Shown in pieces: positions 1-8,068 of a stretch of DNA of 34,258 bases. The DNA comes from a virus. Its lineage: Duplodnaviria; Caudoviricetes. The position numbers and the translations under genes are program-made. Position 1 is the first letter of the stretch; every line of letters begins with the position of its first letter. The notes beneath the pieces were generated by a model that was given only the letters and a program-made list of their open reading frames with translations, did not search any database and was not told the DNA's origin. The stretch covers positions 1 through 34,258 of the IMG/VR virus record IMGVR_UViG_3300038556_000046; one strand, given 5' to 3'.

Positions 1-1041
1 TCATGACTTTGGCTTTCCGGTTCGCTGGATATCCATAGTGGCCGCAGGTGTAAACGTACCTACGTCGAGCGCGGCGACGGCCTTTTTCAGGTACGATGGG
101 CTGAACTTCGCATAGGTCGTTTCGGTCACGCGGCTGTTTTTGTGACCGAGCACGGCGGCGATCTCGGCCATGCTGACCCCCTCCTCTGCCATCCAACGCG
201 CCGCGCTATGCCGCAGGACATGCGGCGACAGCCAAGGCAGGCCGACGCGGGTGCCAGCCGCCTTCACGCCGCGCACGATGCGCGCCAAGGGCTCGCCGGC
301 CTGTTCGATCACATGCTGGCCGATCGACATTTCCTTGGCCTGCGACAGCGCGGCCTTAAGCGTCGGCGTCATGGGCGCGACCGCTCGACCCTTCATTCGC
401 TTGAACACGCTCTTGCGCAGGTCGATCAGTCCGACGTCGAAGTCGACGCGATCCCATGTCAGCTCGAGGATCGCCGTTGCGCGGGCACCGGTCGAGATCG
501 CGATCAGCAGAAACAGCTTCACATGATGCGACGGGCAAGCGGCCATGATTGCGCCGAACTGGTCGCGCGTCAGGAACAGATCGCGCGCTGGCCCTTCGGC
601 AGGCATCGCAATGTGCGGGCGCTCGGCGATCAGCCGATCGTTCTTGGCGCGATTCAACGCTGTCGACAGCAGCGCGACCTCAGAACGGATCGTCCAGGGC
701 TTGCGACCCTGCGCGGTCCGGCCGGCGACATAGGCGTCGACCGCTTCCCGCGTGATCTGCATCGGCAGCAGGCTACCGAAGGCGCGCCGCAGAGGCTTTG
801 CCTGATGCTCTGCGATCTTGGCGCTGGCACGCCCCTCGAGCGCCTTCAAATGATGGTCGAGGATCGCTGACACGCTGGTCGCTTTCGGCGCGGCGAGGTT
901 GCGCTGGTAGGCCTCTAGGAACCGGGCGGCTGCAACAGCGTCAGACGTGCCAGTCGTGCGGCGGCGTCGCTCTCCTCTTTCGTCGATCCAGGTGACGGCG
1001 AAGTCGCCGCGGTGTCGGGTAAGCTTGAATTCGGGCGGCAT
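1..1041 (-). CDS. int: Tyrosine recombinase/phage integrase
   Basis: Catalytic motifs TGAR, HVLRHSAA, LGH and TTY. Start placed at ATG 1041 (MPPEFKL) with GAGGA upstream; the longer ORF to 1251 is an unlikely extension. Confidence 0.95.
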   Translation of the reverse strand: MPPEFKLTRHRGDFAVTWIDERGERRRRTTGTSDAVAAARFLEAYQRNLAAPKATSVSAILDHHLKALEGRASAKIAEHQAKPLRRAFGSLLPMQITREAVDAYVAGRTAQGRKPWTIRSEVALLSTALNRAKNDRLIAERPHIAMPAEGPARDLFLTRDQFGAIMAACPSHHVKLFLLIAISTGARATAILELTWDRVDFDVGLIDLRKSVFKRMKGRAVAPMTPTLKAALSQAKEMSIGQHVIEQAGEPLARIVRGVKAAGTRVGLPWLSPHVLRHSAARWMAEEGVSMAEIAAVLGHKNSRVTETTYAKFSPSYLKKAVAALDVGTFTPAATMDIQRTGKPKS

Positions 1042-1193
1042 GTCAGGGCTTCCTCGACGGCGGCTGCAGGGATGCGGATAAGGTCGCCAGACCGGAACGC
1101 TGGCAGATCGCCGCGCTTCACCATGTTGAGCACGGTTCGCGGCGAACACGCCAGCCGTTCGGCAACCTGGCGCGTGGTCAGGGCGGCGCTCAT
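915..1193 (-). CDS. xis: Excisionase / HTH_17-type DNA-binding protein
   Basis: LTTRQVAERLACSPRTVLNMVKRGDLPAFRSGDLIRIP is a typical Xis winged-HTH, immediately upstream of and overlapping int. Confidence 0.88.
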   Translation of the reverse strand: MSAALTTRQVAERLACSPRTVLNMVKRGDLPAFRSGDLIRIPAAAVEEALTCRPNSSLPDTAATSPSPGSTKEESDAAARLARLTLLQPPGS

Positions 1194-1288
1194 GGGAGAT
1201 CCCTCGAGGCGGACAGGATCGCGCAAAGGATGAAGCCGACAACGATCCCAAGCACCAGGACTAGGTAATGGGAGGCAAGCGCGGTCAT
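1190..1288 (-). CDS. 32-aa single-transmembrane peptide (not in ORF track)
   Basis: Translates to MTALASHYLVLVLGIVVGFILCAILSASRDLP*. ATGA overlaps with both neighbours (1285-1288 and 1190-1193). Confidence 0.7.
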   Translation of the reverse strand: MTALASHYLVLVLGIVVGFILCAILSASRDLP

Positions 1289-1476
1289 GACTGCAGCCCC
1301 TTCAATGTCTCGACGATCGCTTCCATCGCGGCCGTCTGCTCGTCGGCGAAAGCTTGCGTCATCTTCCCGTCGGCAACGCGCCGCGGATAGACGTGACGTC
1401 GCTGCCTGACTTCTCGCTCGGCCGCAGCGATCTGGACATGCAACGGCACTTTTCGGCGGTCGAAAAGGTCGCTCAT
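1285..1476 (-). CDS. Phage hypothetical protein (63 aa)
   Basis: MSDLFDRRKVPLHVQIAAAEREVRQRRHVYPRRVADGKM...; ATGA-coupled to the upstream ORF, GGAG upstream. Confidence 0.75.
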   Translation of the reverse strand: MSDLFDRRKVPLHVQIAAAEREVRQRRHVYPRRVADGKMTQAFADEQTAAMEAIVETLKGLQS

Positions 1477-1697
1477 GACTTGGACTCCTCGACGAAGCAC
1501 GGCGCGCGGCCTGGCGTCTCTTGGAAGGCGACGGCGTCGCTGGCGCTGGCGATCATGATGCGCCGACCGCCGCAGGCCGGACACGGCGACTTGCCGAGCT
1601 TGGCGACGTGCTCGACGGCGAGCGGGAGCCATGCGAGCGGCCAGACGTGGCGGCACTCTTCGCAGCGGGCAAGGAAGGGATGACGGGCGGCTACCAT
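1473..1697 (-). CDS. Small zinc-ribbon protein
   Basis: CEEC...CPAC cysteine pairs; fills the gap between the HNH gene and the next ORF with overlaps. Confidence 0.65.
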   Translation of the reverse strand: MVAARHPFLARCEECRHVWPLAWLPLAVEHVAKLGKSPCPACGGRRIMIASASDAVAFQETPGRAPCFVEESKS

Positions 1698-2218
1698 CTT
1701 ACCACCCCGCGAATGCGCGTGATTGTGGAGGGCGCCACGCCGTACCGAGCCGCCAGCACATTGCCCGCCTCTGCCGATGCCCGGATCTCATTCTGTTCGG
1801 CGACCGACAGCTTGGCATTGCCGGCGCGATGGCGTCCCTTGGCCATCATGTCGGCCGTGTTGTGAGCCTTCGTGCCAACGCGCAGATGATCGGGGTTGAT
1901 GCAGGCCGGATTATCGCACGAGTGCAGGATACAACCGCCCGGCGGGATCTCGCCTTTGTGGAAGATGTACGAAAGGCGATGCGCCAGCACTCCCCGCCCT
2001 TCGATGCGAAGCTGTCCATAGCCCTTGTTGTTCTTTGAGGCCTGCCAGTTCCAACAACCGTTGCGATCAACCTTTATGGGCGACAGCCTGTCAGCAATCG
2101 TCTTCCGAGGCTTGAGCCGCGCGCAAGCATGCGAGCAATATCTGCGGTTCTCCCATTGCGCCGATACTTCTCCCCGCAGGCGGACTAAATCTTTGTCACA
2201 GATGCAACAGCGTTTCAT
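1691..2218 (-). CDS. HNH endonuclease with N-terminal zinc finger and C-terminal HTH
   Basis: GCWNW...GYG...AHRLSY...ILHSCDNPACINPDHLRVGTKAHNTADM (HNH_3-type); C-terminal LAARYGVAPSTITRI. Confidence 0.92.
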   Translation of the reverse strand: MKRCCICDKDLVRLRGEVSAQWENRRYCSHACARLKPRKTIADRLSPIKVDRNGCWNWQASKNNKGYGQLRIEGRGVLAHRLSYIFHKGEIPPGGCILHSCDNPACINPDHLRVGTKAHNTADMMAKGRHRAGNAKLSVAEQNEIRASAEAGNVLAARYGVAPSTITRIRGVVRW

Positions 2219-2640
2219 GCGGCCACCGAATACGCTAAGGGATCATACCCGATGTGATCGGACAGAGCCGCCATCGCCATTTCGAAGAACCGGCCAAAGT
2301 CGTCCTCGCTCATGGCGTGAAGCGCGACGCTGTCAGGGATCCGCAGAACTTCGCCCGTCTTCCAATCGACGCACGACCTGGCGAAGCCGCAGACAAGTTT
2401 CAGCTCTTCGGAAAGATGCTCGGCTGTCGGCCAGCGGCCCGTCGCCTTCGCGACCTGACCGAGCGTCGCCCAATAGAGTTTCAGCTGCGGCCATAAGCGG
2501 CGATTGCGGCGGACCAGTTCGAACTGCGCGCCCATGGGGGCATCCATCAGCAATTCCTGGTCATAGGCCGCGACCGGGGAAAGGCCGCGCGGCGTCTTCA
2601 TCACGATCGGCGTCGGCGGCTTGTCGCGCTTCGTCGTCAT
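2215..2640 (-). CDS. DUF1367/NinB-like recombination accessory protein
   Basis: LYWATL...HLSEELKLVCG...PDSVALHAMSEDDFGRFFE pattern; located downstream of recT. Confidence 0.7.
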   Translation of the reverse strand: MTTKRDKPPTPIVMKTPRGLSPVAAYDQELLMDAPMGAQFELVRRNRRLWPQLKLYWATLGQVAKATGRWPTAEHLSEELKLVCGFARSCVDWKTGEVLRIPDSVALHAMSEDDFGRFFEMAMAALSDHIGYDPLAYSVAA

Positions 2641-2846
2641 GCCTGGCTCCTGCGCTTAAGAGTGCGGAAGATCGCGGCCTGCGGCGTCTCAAGGCCGGCG
2701 CTCAGCAGCCTGTCGGCTTCGGCCTCGGTCACGCTCAGCTTGCCGGCGATGTCGACAGTATCCATCCCCCAAAAGATGAACATGGCGGCGGCTTCGACCG
2801 GCGGCGACAGATGCCGGTCGTCCGGCTGTGCAAGGCTCGCGCTCAT
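2637..2846 (-). CDS. Small HTH-like hypothetical protein
   Basis: GMDTVDIAGKLSVTEAEADRLL; ATG 2846 is ATGA-coupled to the recT stop. Confidence 0.65.
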   Translation of the reverse strand: MSASLAQPDDRHLSPPVEAAAMFIFWGMDTVDIAGKLSVTEAEADRLLSAGLETPQAAIFRTLKRRSQA

Positions 2847-3946
2847 GACGGCGCCTTTCCGTCGGCCTCTGCGGCGAGCTCGGCAAAATCGTGCGGCGCG
2901 TCGTTCAACTCGGCTTGCTGCTGCGGATCCAGTCCGCCGAACCAAAGGCGGAAGCGCTTCGATCCCTGCGCAGCCTTGTCGCGCGCCGTCTGCCAAAGCG
3001 CGGGCTCTTCGGCCGGCGGCTCGGCAGATGCCGGCGCGTCGGGCTTGGCGAGCGCGGCCGACCGGGCTTCATAGGCGTTCTGCGCCGTGATGCGATCGGC
3101 CTGCGGCCATTCGGCCATGGCCGGCGCCCATGCCTCGAGGATGGACGACAGCGCTTCGTCAGTCTCGGCGGCTTCGATTTCGATCACCAACTGGCCGACG
3201 CCGACCGGCTCCGGCTCCGGCTCTGCCGGCGCATCTGTCGCGGCCTCGACGGGCTCGGCGTCGATCACCTTGGCCGGCTCGACCTTGGCCGGCTCGACCT
3301 TCGGCGGCGCCAGCGCGGCGGCCGGCGGCGTCGGCGGAACGGGCGGCGTCGGCGGCGTCGGCGGCTGCGGCGCCTGCGGGTAATCCTCGACCTCTTCCCG
3401 AATGGCGAGGCCGCGCAGGACGTCCGCGAACGCATCGCGCAGCGCGAAGCCGCGGGCGCGCATCTGCAGCATGCGGGCGGGATATAGCTTCCACGGGCCA
3501 GATTTTCCCCAAAGGCTCGCGGCCTTGGCGTCGGCGACGGAGAAGCGTCGGACAACGGCGCGCGGCTCGCCGACGCGCTTCGTCTCGCACGTCGCGACCA
3601 TGGCATCGCCGTCGCCTTCGATCTTTTCGTCGACGTACTCACAAAGGCCCGATCCTCGGACAAGGCCGATCGCGCCGTCGCCGAAGATCACGGCGCGGCC
3701 ATTCACGACGGCGATAACCTGGATGGCGTTCATGGGCGTCATCCCGACTTCAAGGCCGTGAAGGATGGCGGCCATCAGCGCCTCAGGCTTGCCTAAGCCG
3801 GTCGGCGCCATTCCGCTGGAATGCACCATCTGCGCGAAGCGAAAGGCCTGGTCGAAGTCCTGCGGCACGATAGGATGAACAGAAGCCGTGCCGCGCATGG
3901 CGCGCGTCTCAGGCTTGTCGATGATCTTGGCGATTGCGGTCGACAT
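2843..3946 (-). CDS. recT: RecT-family single-strand annealing protein
   Basis: GLEVGMTPMNAIQVIAVVNGR...FSVADAKAASLWGKSGPWKLYPARMLQMRARGFALRDAFADVLRG, followed by a Pro-rich linker and C-terminal domain. Confidence 0.88.
   Translation of the reverse strand: MSTAIAKIIDKPETRAMRGTASVHPIVPQDFDQAFRFAQMVHSSGMAPTGLGKPEALMAAILHGLEVGMTPMNAIQVIAVVNGRAVIFGDGAIGLVRGSGLCEYVDEKIEGDGDAMVATCETKRVGEPRAVVRRFSVADAKAASLWGKSGPWKLYPARMLQMRARGFALRDAFADVLRGLAIREEVEDYPQAPQPPTPPTPPVPPTPPAAALAPPKVEPAKVEPAKVIDAEPVEAATDAPAEPEPEPVGVGQLVIEIEAAETDEALSSILEAWAPAMAEWPQADRITAQNAYEARSAALAKPDAPASAEPPAEEPALWQTARDKAAQGSKRFRLWFGGLDPQQQAELNDAPHDFAELAAEADGKAPS
3268..3380 (-). repeat. Low-complexity coding repeats (PPT and KVEPA units) in the RecT linker
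   Basis: Tandem CCTTGGCCGGCTCGA copies and GGCGGCGTC units on the plus strand. Confidence 0.8.
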
Positions 3947-3958
3947 GTGCGGATCCTC

Positions 3959-4873
3959 TTAAGCGGCCTGTTGAACGACGGATTTCTTGACGCCGGGCGG
4001 CTCGACGCCGGCCGACACCATGCGCAGCGCCAGCATGTTGCAGACCGTGACCAAGTCCGGCGGCGGCGATTCCATTGCGGCGAGATAGGCGACGAAGGCC
4101 GGCAGATCCTCGACCAGCGCGACCGTCCGCGAGCGCAGCGCGACCTTGGCGCCCGTCCGGCCGGCGCTGGCGTTCCGCGGCGCCTCGAGCGCCTTGCCAG
4201 CCTGCGCGGACGCGGCGCGCGCCTCGGCTTCCTTGCGCTGTTCGGCGATCAGGTACGGCTCGAGGGCGCGCTTCAGGTTGCGCTTCATGGCGTCGGCCAT
4301 GGCGACCAGCGGCGACCATTTCGCCTGGACGGCCTTGCCCGCGTCGTCGTGCGGCTTTTTCTCGGCCGCGCGCTCGGCGTCGGCTTCCTTGGCCAGCTTG
4401 GCGACGCGCTCCGCCCATGACGCAGCCTTGTCGGCGGCTTCCTTGGTCGTGATCGGCACGGCAACGAACGCGGCGACGTCAGCGGCCTCGGCTTCGATCA
4501 GCAGCTTGGACCGCTCGAAAGGGTCCGTCGGCAGGTTGTGATCGCGCGCGGGCGGATCGTCGGGCCATTGGCCGCTTTCCAGGAAGGCGTCGTGCGCTTC
4601 CTTCGTGATCGCGCTGCGGTACATGCGGGGCCAGCGACCACAGACCCATGCGGGCTTCGTCGGCATGCCGTCGCGCAGGATGAATAGCGCGCCAGCGTCG
4701 TCGCGCCAGATCGCCACGGCGGCACGGTCGAACCGCCAAAAGCCCGACTGCAACGCCTCGACCGGGACGTCCCAAATCCCTTCGCCATCGGCGCCGGGAT
4801 GCAGCGGCGGCTCTGGCTTGTCGCCGGCCAGCGTGGCGGACCAAAAGGCCCATTGATCGGCGAGAATGTTCAT
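3959..4873 (-). CDS. Phage recombination-module protein with coiled-coil C-terminal half
   Basis: 304-aa ORF, ATGA-coupled, directly upstream of recT; long Ala/Lys/Glu helical segment. Confidence 0.8.
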   Translation of the reverse strand: MNILADQWAFWSATLAGDKPEPPLHPGADGEGIWDVPVEALQSGFWRFDRAAVAIWRDDAGALFILRDGMPTKPAWVCGRWPRMYRSAITKEAHDAFLESGQWPDDPPARDHNLPTDPFERSKLLIEAEAADVAAFVAVPITTKEAADKAASWAERVAKLAKEADAERAAEKKPHDDAGKAVQAKWSPLVAMADAMKRNLKRALEPYLIAEQRKEAEARAASAQAGKALEAPRNASAGRTGAKVALRSRTVALVEDLPAFVAYLAAMESPPPDLVTVCNMLALRMVSAGVEPPGVKKSVVQQAA

Positions 4874-5157
4874 GACGTGCTCCGGCGGTTAAGGGCATAG
4901 GCGCGCAGGCCGCCGAGAACGTCGGCAAAGCGCGAGGGGCGGAAGCCGGCGTCGATCAGCGCGCGGATGACGTCCTCGTCGTCGGCGAGCTGCAGGGGAC
5001 TGTCGGCGATCGCGATTGCGGCCTGGCGCTGTTCAGGCGTGAGCCGCGCGGCGCAATCCAGGTCGAAAGAGCCGGACGGCTTAAGCTCGGCATAAAGCTG
5101 GCGCGTTGTGCGATGCTTCACGCGCTCGAGGGCGCGATGTTCGATTGTAGAGGCCAT
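4870..5157 (-). CDS. Hypothetical protein
   Basis: Coupled to both neighbours in the leftward operon; GGAG upstream. Confidence 0.65.
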   Translation of the reverse strand: MASTIEHRALERVKHRTTRQLYAELKPSGSFDLDCAARLTPEQRQAAIAIADSPLQLADDEDVIRALIDAGFRPSRFADVLGGLRAYALNRRSTS

Positions 5158-5402
5158 TACGCGCGCTCCATCTGACGTAGGTCAGCGCGCAGCCAATTCA
5201 TGAAGCGCAGCGCCGTGCGCTTGGCGCGGGCGTCGCCGTCTCTATTGGCGGCGCGCAGGGCTTCGCGGCATTGGTCGAGCGCCAGCCGCCAGACCTTCGC
5301 GCAGCAGCTCGAACGCGCCCTCATGTGGTCGATCAGGGCGACGGCTTCGTCGAGCCGATCGAAGGCCTTCCAGCTGATGATGGAATTGCGATCGGGGGCC
5401 AT
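5157..5402 (-). CDS. Hypothetical protein
   Basis: TAATG overlaps with both neighbours. Confidence 0.65.
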   Translation of the reverse strand: MAPDRNSIISWKAFDRLDEAVALIDHMRARSSCCAKVWRLALDQCREALRAANRDGDARAKRTALRFMNWLRADLRQMERA

Positions 5403-5728
5403 TATGCGATCCCCCGGCGAGCGGCTTCGGTCTTAAGCGCGTTCCAGTCGCGCTCGGCGCTGGCGTAGGCGTCGCGGTCCGTCGTGCCGCTGAAATACAT
5501 GACGCGGCCGTAGGCGCTCTGAATGCGGCTCGGCAGCTCTTCGGTGGCGAACTGCGCGGCCCAACTCACAAGCGAGGCGGCTGCAGCTGCGGCGGCGCGG
5601 ATTTCTTGGTGAGCGCGGCGCAGCGCCTTCGCAAAGACCTCGCGATACGGCGTCGAGGTCCAAAGGAAAGCGCGCATGTTCCGCGTGATGCGGTGAGCGG
5701 CTTGGAAAATCTGAGCGGCGGAGGGCAT
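5402..5728 (-). CDS. First gene of the leftward early operon, hypothetical
   Basis: ATG 5728 (MPSAAQIFQAAHRITR) with GGAG 6 nt upstream, just downstream of the PL-like promoter. Confidence 0.7.
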   Translation of the reverse strand: MPSAAQIFQAAHRITRNMRAFLWTSTPYREVFAKALRRAHQEIRAAAAAAASLVSWAAQFATEELPSRIQSAYGRVMYFSGTTDRDAYASAERDWNALKTEAARRGIA

Positions 5729-5756
5729 CAGTGGCTCCATCGGGGTCGATGGAACC

Positions 5757-5810
5757 GTTGTAGCGCTACACCGCTACAACGTCAATACCATGCGCTACAA
5801 AATTAGCGCT
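5757..5810 (-). promoter_or_regulatory. PL-like promoter with OL operators
   Basis: Minus strand TTGACG (5785-5780)-N17-TACAAC (5762-5757). Perfect palindrome TGTAGCGCTACA at 5759-5770 plus CGCTACA/TAGCGCT partial sites. Confidence 0.8.
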
Positions 5811-6470
5811 TCACTCTCCGCCAAGCACTATGCGGTGCACGGCTTTCACTCGAGCTCGGTCGATCTCGATCTGCTTCGGGGGATTGAACTGCTCCAGGAC
5901 GAGCTTGCTGTCAGTCATCCGAACGAACCGCTTCACCATTCCGGAGATCGGCTCGCCGTCGTCTTCAGGCCACAGCTGGACGACCACATAACCGTTCCGC
6001 TGAACCGGCTTATTTGGATGGACATAAACCGTCTCGCCGGCCTCATAGCGAGGTTCCATGCTGTCGCCGACGACCATTACCGCGTAGGCGTTCTGGATCC
6101 CGATTAGGCCTGGCGGCGCCGCAACACGGTCGACGACTGACCCGTTAAGGTCAAACCGACCATCAGAACCGCCTACCGCAGTGCCAAAAACGGGAATGAG
6201 GTTCGCTCCTGTCACTAGTGGGACGGACAACATCTCCAACGGCAAAGGTTTAACGTCGTTGGGGTCGCCGCGTCCGGTGAAAAGCCATTCGCCAGATACC
6301 CCTAAAACGTGGCCGATGCGCTGGCACTTGTCGAGTGGCGGATGTGCATGGCCAGCAAAGTACGAACGCATTGTCACAGGCTGAATGCCGGACAGGCGCG
6401 CGACCTCAGCCTTATTCGTAAGGCCGGCCTTTCTCATCGCGAATTCAAGGCGGTCGATCACGGTTTCCAC
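5811..6470 (-). CDS. cI: CI-like repressor (XRE HTH plus S24 autoprotease)
   Basis: N-terminal HTH (NKAEVARLSGIQPVTMRSY...LGVSGEWLFTGRG); S24 motifs VGDSMEP and MVKR; divergent from the cro-like gene. Confidence 0.93.
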   Translation of the reverse strand: METVIDRLEFAMRKAGLTNKAEVARLSGIQPVTMRSYFAGHAHPPLDKCQRIGHVLGVSGEWLFTGRGDPNDVKPLPLEMLSVPLVTGANLIPVFGTAVGGSDGRFDLNGSVVDRVAAPPGLIGIQNAYAVMVVGDSMEPRYEAGETVYVHPNKPVQRNGYVVVQLWPEDDGEPISGMVKRFVRMTDSKLVLEQFNPPKQIEIDRARVKAVHRIVLGGE

Positions 6471-6478
6471 GATTCGCG

Positions 6479-6537
6479 ACTGTAGCGATCGATAGCGCTA
6501 CACACATATTGACGTAGTAGCGCTACATCTGTATCGT
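6479..6537. promoter_or_regulatory. OR operators with divergent PR and PRM-like promoters
   Basis: PR: TTGACG (6509-6514)-N17-TATCGT (6532-6537). PRM-like -10 TACAGT on the minus strand (6484-6479). Operator copies TGTAGCG (6481), TAGCGCTACA (6493) and GTAGCGCTACA (6517). Confidence 0.8.
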
Positions 6538-6545
6538 CTATGGTC

Positions 6546-6767
6546 ATGGACGCTTCAATCATATCGCTGTGGCCATCCGCAGAGCGCTTCGCCGAAGATC
6601 TTGGCCTGAAGTGGCCAGGACACGCACGGGTCATGCGCCTACGCGGCCGCATACCCGAAATGTATCGTGAACGCGTAATCGCCGCAGCCAAAAGGCGCGG
6701 CATTGCGCTGCCGGCGGATGCACTCGTGAAGCCGGCGCCCGCCGCTCCGTCCGAGAGGGCCGCATGA
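6546..6767 (+). CDS. cro: Cro-like DNA-binding protein
   Basis: IISLWPSAERFAEDLGL...MRLRGRIP pattern and position opposite cI. The start may be 6540 or 6546. Confidence 0.8.
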   Translation: MDASIISLWPSAERFAEDLGLKWPGHARVMRLRGRIPEMYRERVIAAAKRRGIALPADALVKPAPAAPSERAA

Positions 6768-7024
6768 GCAACGAGCCCAACGGCGAAGCGCTGCTGTCTT
6801 TCATCGAACGGATCGAGCGGCTGATCGAAGAGCGTAAGGCGCTCGATCAGGATATCGCCGAGGTTTATGCCGAAGTGAAATCCCACGGCTACGATCGAAA
6901 GATCGTCAAGCTGCTGGTGAAGGAGCGCGCCGAGGAACCGGCCGAGCGCTCCGAGCGCGAGACGCTGCTCGACTTGTATCGCGAAGCCCTCGCACGCGCA
7001 CGTACACGCGAGGCGCGGCCATGA
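6764..7024 (+). CDS. gapR: GapR/DUF2312-family nucleoid-associated protein
   Basis: LLSFIERIERLIEERKALDQDIAEVYAEVKSHGYDRKIVKLLVKER...LLDLYREAL matches the GapR family signature. Confidence 0.92.
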   Translation: MSNEPNGEALLSFIERIERLIEERKALDQDIAEVYAEVKSHGYDRKIVKLLVKERAEEPAERSERETLLDLYREALARARTREARP

Positions 7025-7383
7025 TCGCCCGTCAGTCAATCGCCTTGCTCGAGCGCACGTCTATGCGCGCTCGACCCCGTCGGAGCATGTCTCGCGTCCC
7101 GACGGGCTTCCCCTCGCCCGCGCCAACCTCAACGCTGTCCGGCGGCAGCGTTTCTGCCGTGATGTGTGTGACGCCCGGCGCGGGCGCGTCATCGGAAGGG
7201 CTAATCACGGCGCCCGCCGGCTCCGATTTCCAATGCAAATTGTCGTTCGCGGCGACCAGCCTCGCAAGCATGCGCCGCGACACGACACCTAACCGCTCCA
7301 TCCGTCGTCCCTCCTCGGTCCCTCACAGGACCACAGGAGCGACGGAATGCCTTTCCATCACCACAGGGAAATTTCTCCAATGA
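7021..7383 (+). CDS. Doubtful hypothetical protein (coupled at both ends)
   Basis: ATGA overlap with the gapR stop and with the ATG at 7380, but the sequence is Ser/Arg/Pro-rich and has no recognisable motif. Confidence 0.4.
   Translation: MIARQSIALLERTSMRARPRRSMSRVPTGFPSPAPTSTLSGGSVSAVMCVTPGAGASSEGLITAPAGSDFQCKLSFAATSLASMRRDTTPNRSIRRPSSVPHRTTGATECLSITTGKFLQ
7032..7301 (-). CDS. Antisense hypothetical protein containing AANDN
   Basis: Strong SD GAGGAGGG 7 nt before ATG 7301; translates MERLGVVSRRMLARLVAANDN... Confidence 0.5.
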   Translation of the reverse strand: MERLGVVSRRMLARLVAANDNLHWKSEPAGAVISPSDDAPAPGVTHITAETLPPDSVEVGAGEGKPVGTRDMLRRGRARIDVRSSKAID

Positions 7384-7727
7384 GTGCCGCCGTTCGGGCG
7401 CGGGACTGGACCCGCGCGCTCGAGGAAAAGGAGGCCCGTCGGAGAGGGCTTTCTGTGAAGGACGCCCGCGCCGTCGTCGCCCGCAAGATCGGCGCGACCG
7501 TCGCGGCGCTGGAGCACGTCGGCCGTGGCCGCGCCAAGCGGATCACGGTCGACCTTTTCGCCCGACTTCGATCCCTCATAATTGATGAGCTTCAGCGTGA
7601 AATCACAGCAGCGCAACACGAAATCGAGATCGCTCGCAAAGCTGGTCTGGACGGCGATTGCCCTGAAATGGCGGCGCTGGAAGCTGGTGCGGCGGCGGCG
7701 CGGCGGCTGATGGGGCGCGAGCCATGA
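7380..7727 (+). CDS. CII-position HTH transcriptional regulator
   Basis: ARAVVARKIGATVAALEHVGRGRAKRI is HTH-like; located between cro and the replication gene. Confidence 0.7.
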   Translation: MSAAVRARDWTRALEEKEARRRGLSVKDARAVVARKIGATVAALEHVGRGRAKRITVDLFARLRSLIIDELQREITAAQHEIEIARKAGLDGDCPEMAALEAGAAAARRLMGREP

Positions 7728-8068
7728 TCTGCCGCCCCTGGACAATTCCGGAGCTCCGGCGCGCTGCGGCATTGCAGCTCGACGGACGTTCGGCGAGCGA
7801 GATCGGCGCGCAGCTCGGCCGATCACGCAACGCCGTCCTGGCCGCGCTGATGCGGGCTCGAGCTGACGGCACCATCCCGCAGGCGCAGGGGCTGATCGGC
7901 CGCCACAAGACTTGGCAGCGCCGGCGCCGCGTGGCGCGCACGCTTCGCGCCACCGGTCACACTTATCGCGAGATCGGCGAGCGCCTTGGCGTCTCGCTGA
8001 CGCACGCCTTCGAACTGACGAAGATGGCGCCCGCCGCGCACGAAAACTATCAAGGCTTCGGCGGATGA
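7724..8068 (+). CDS. GcrA-like N-terminal HTH protein with a second HTH
   Basis: WT..EL......DGRSASEIGAQLGRSRNAV resembles the GcrA N-terminus; second motif GHTYREIGERLGVSLTHA. Confidence 0.75.
   Translation: MICRPWTIPELRRAAALQLDGRSASEIGAQLGRSRNAVLAALMRARADGTIPQAQGLIGRHKTWQRRRRVARTLRATGHTYREIGERLGVSLTHAFELTKMAPAAHENYQGFGG

Noticed and set aside
1-70. attL/attP core at the integrase 3' end
   Set aside because: No matching direct repeat or tRNA fragment found in the window; the prophage ends lie outside it.
1042-1251. N-terminal extension of the integrase ORF
   Set aside because: Overlaps xis and the TM peptide, lacks integrase-like sequence, and ATG 1041 has its own SD.
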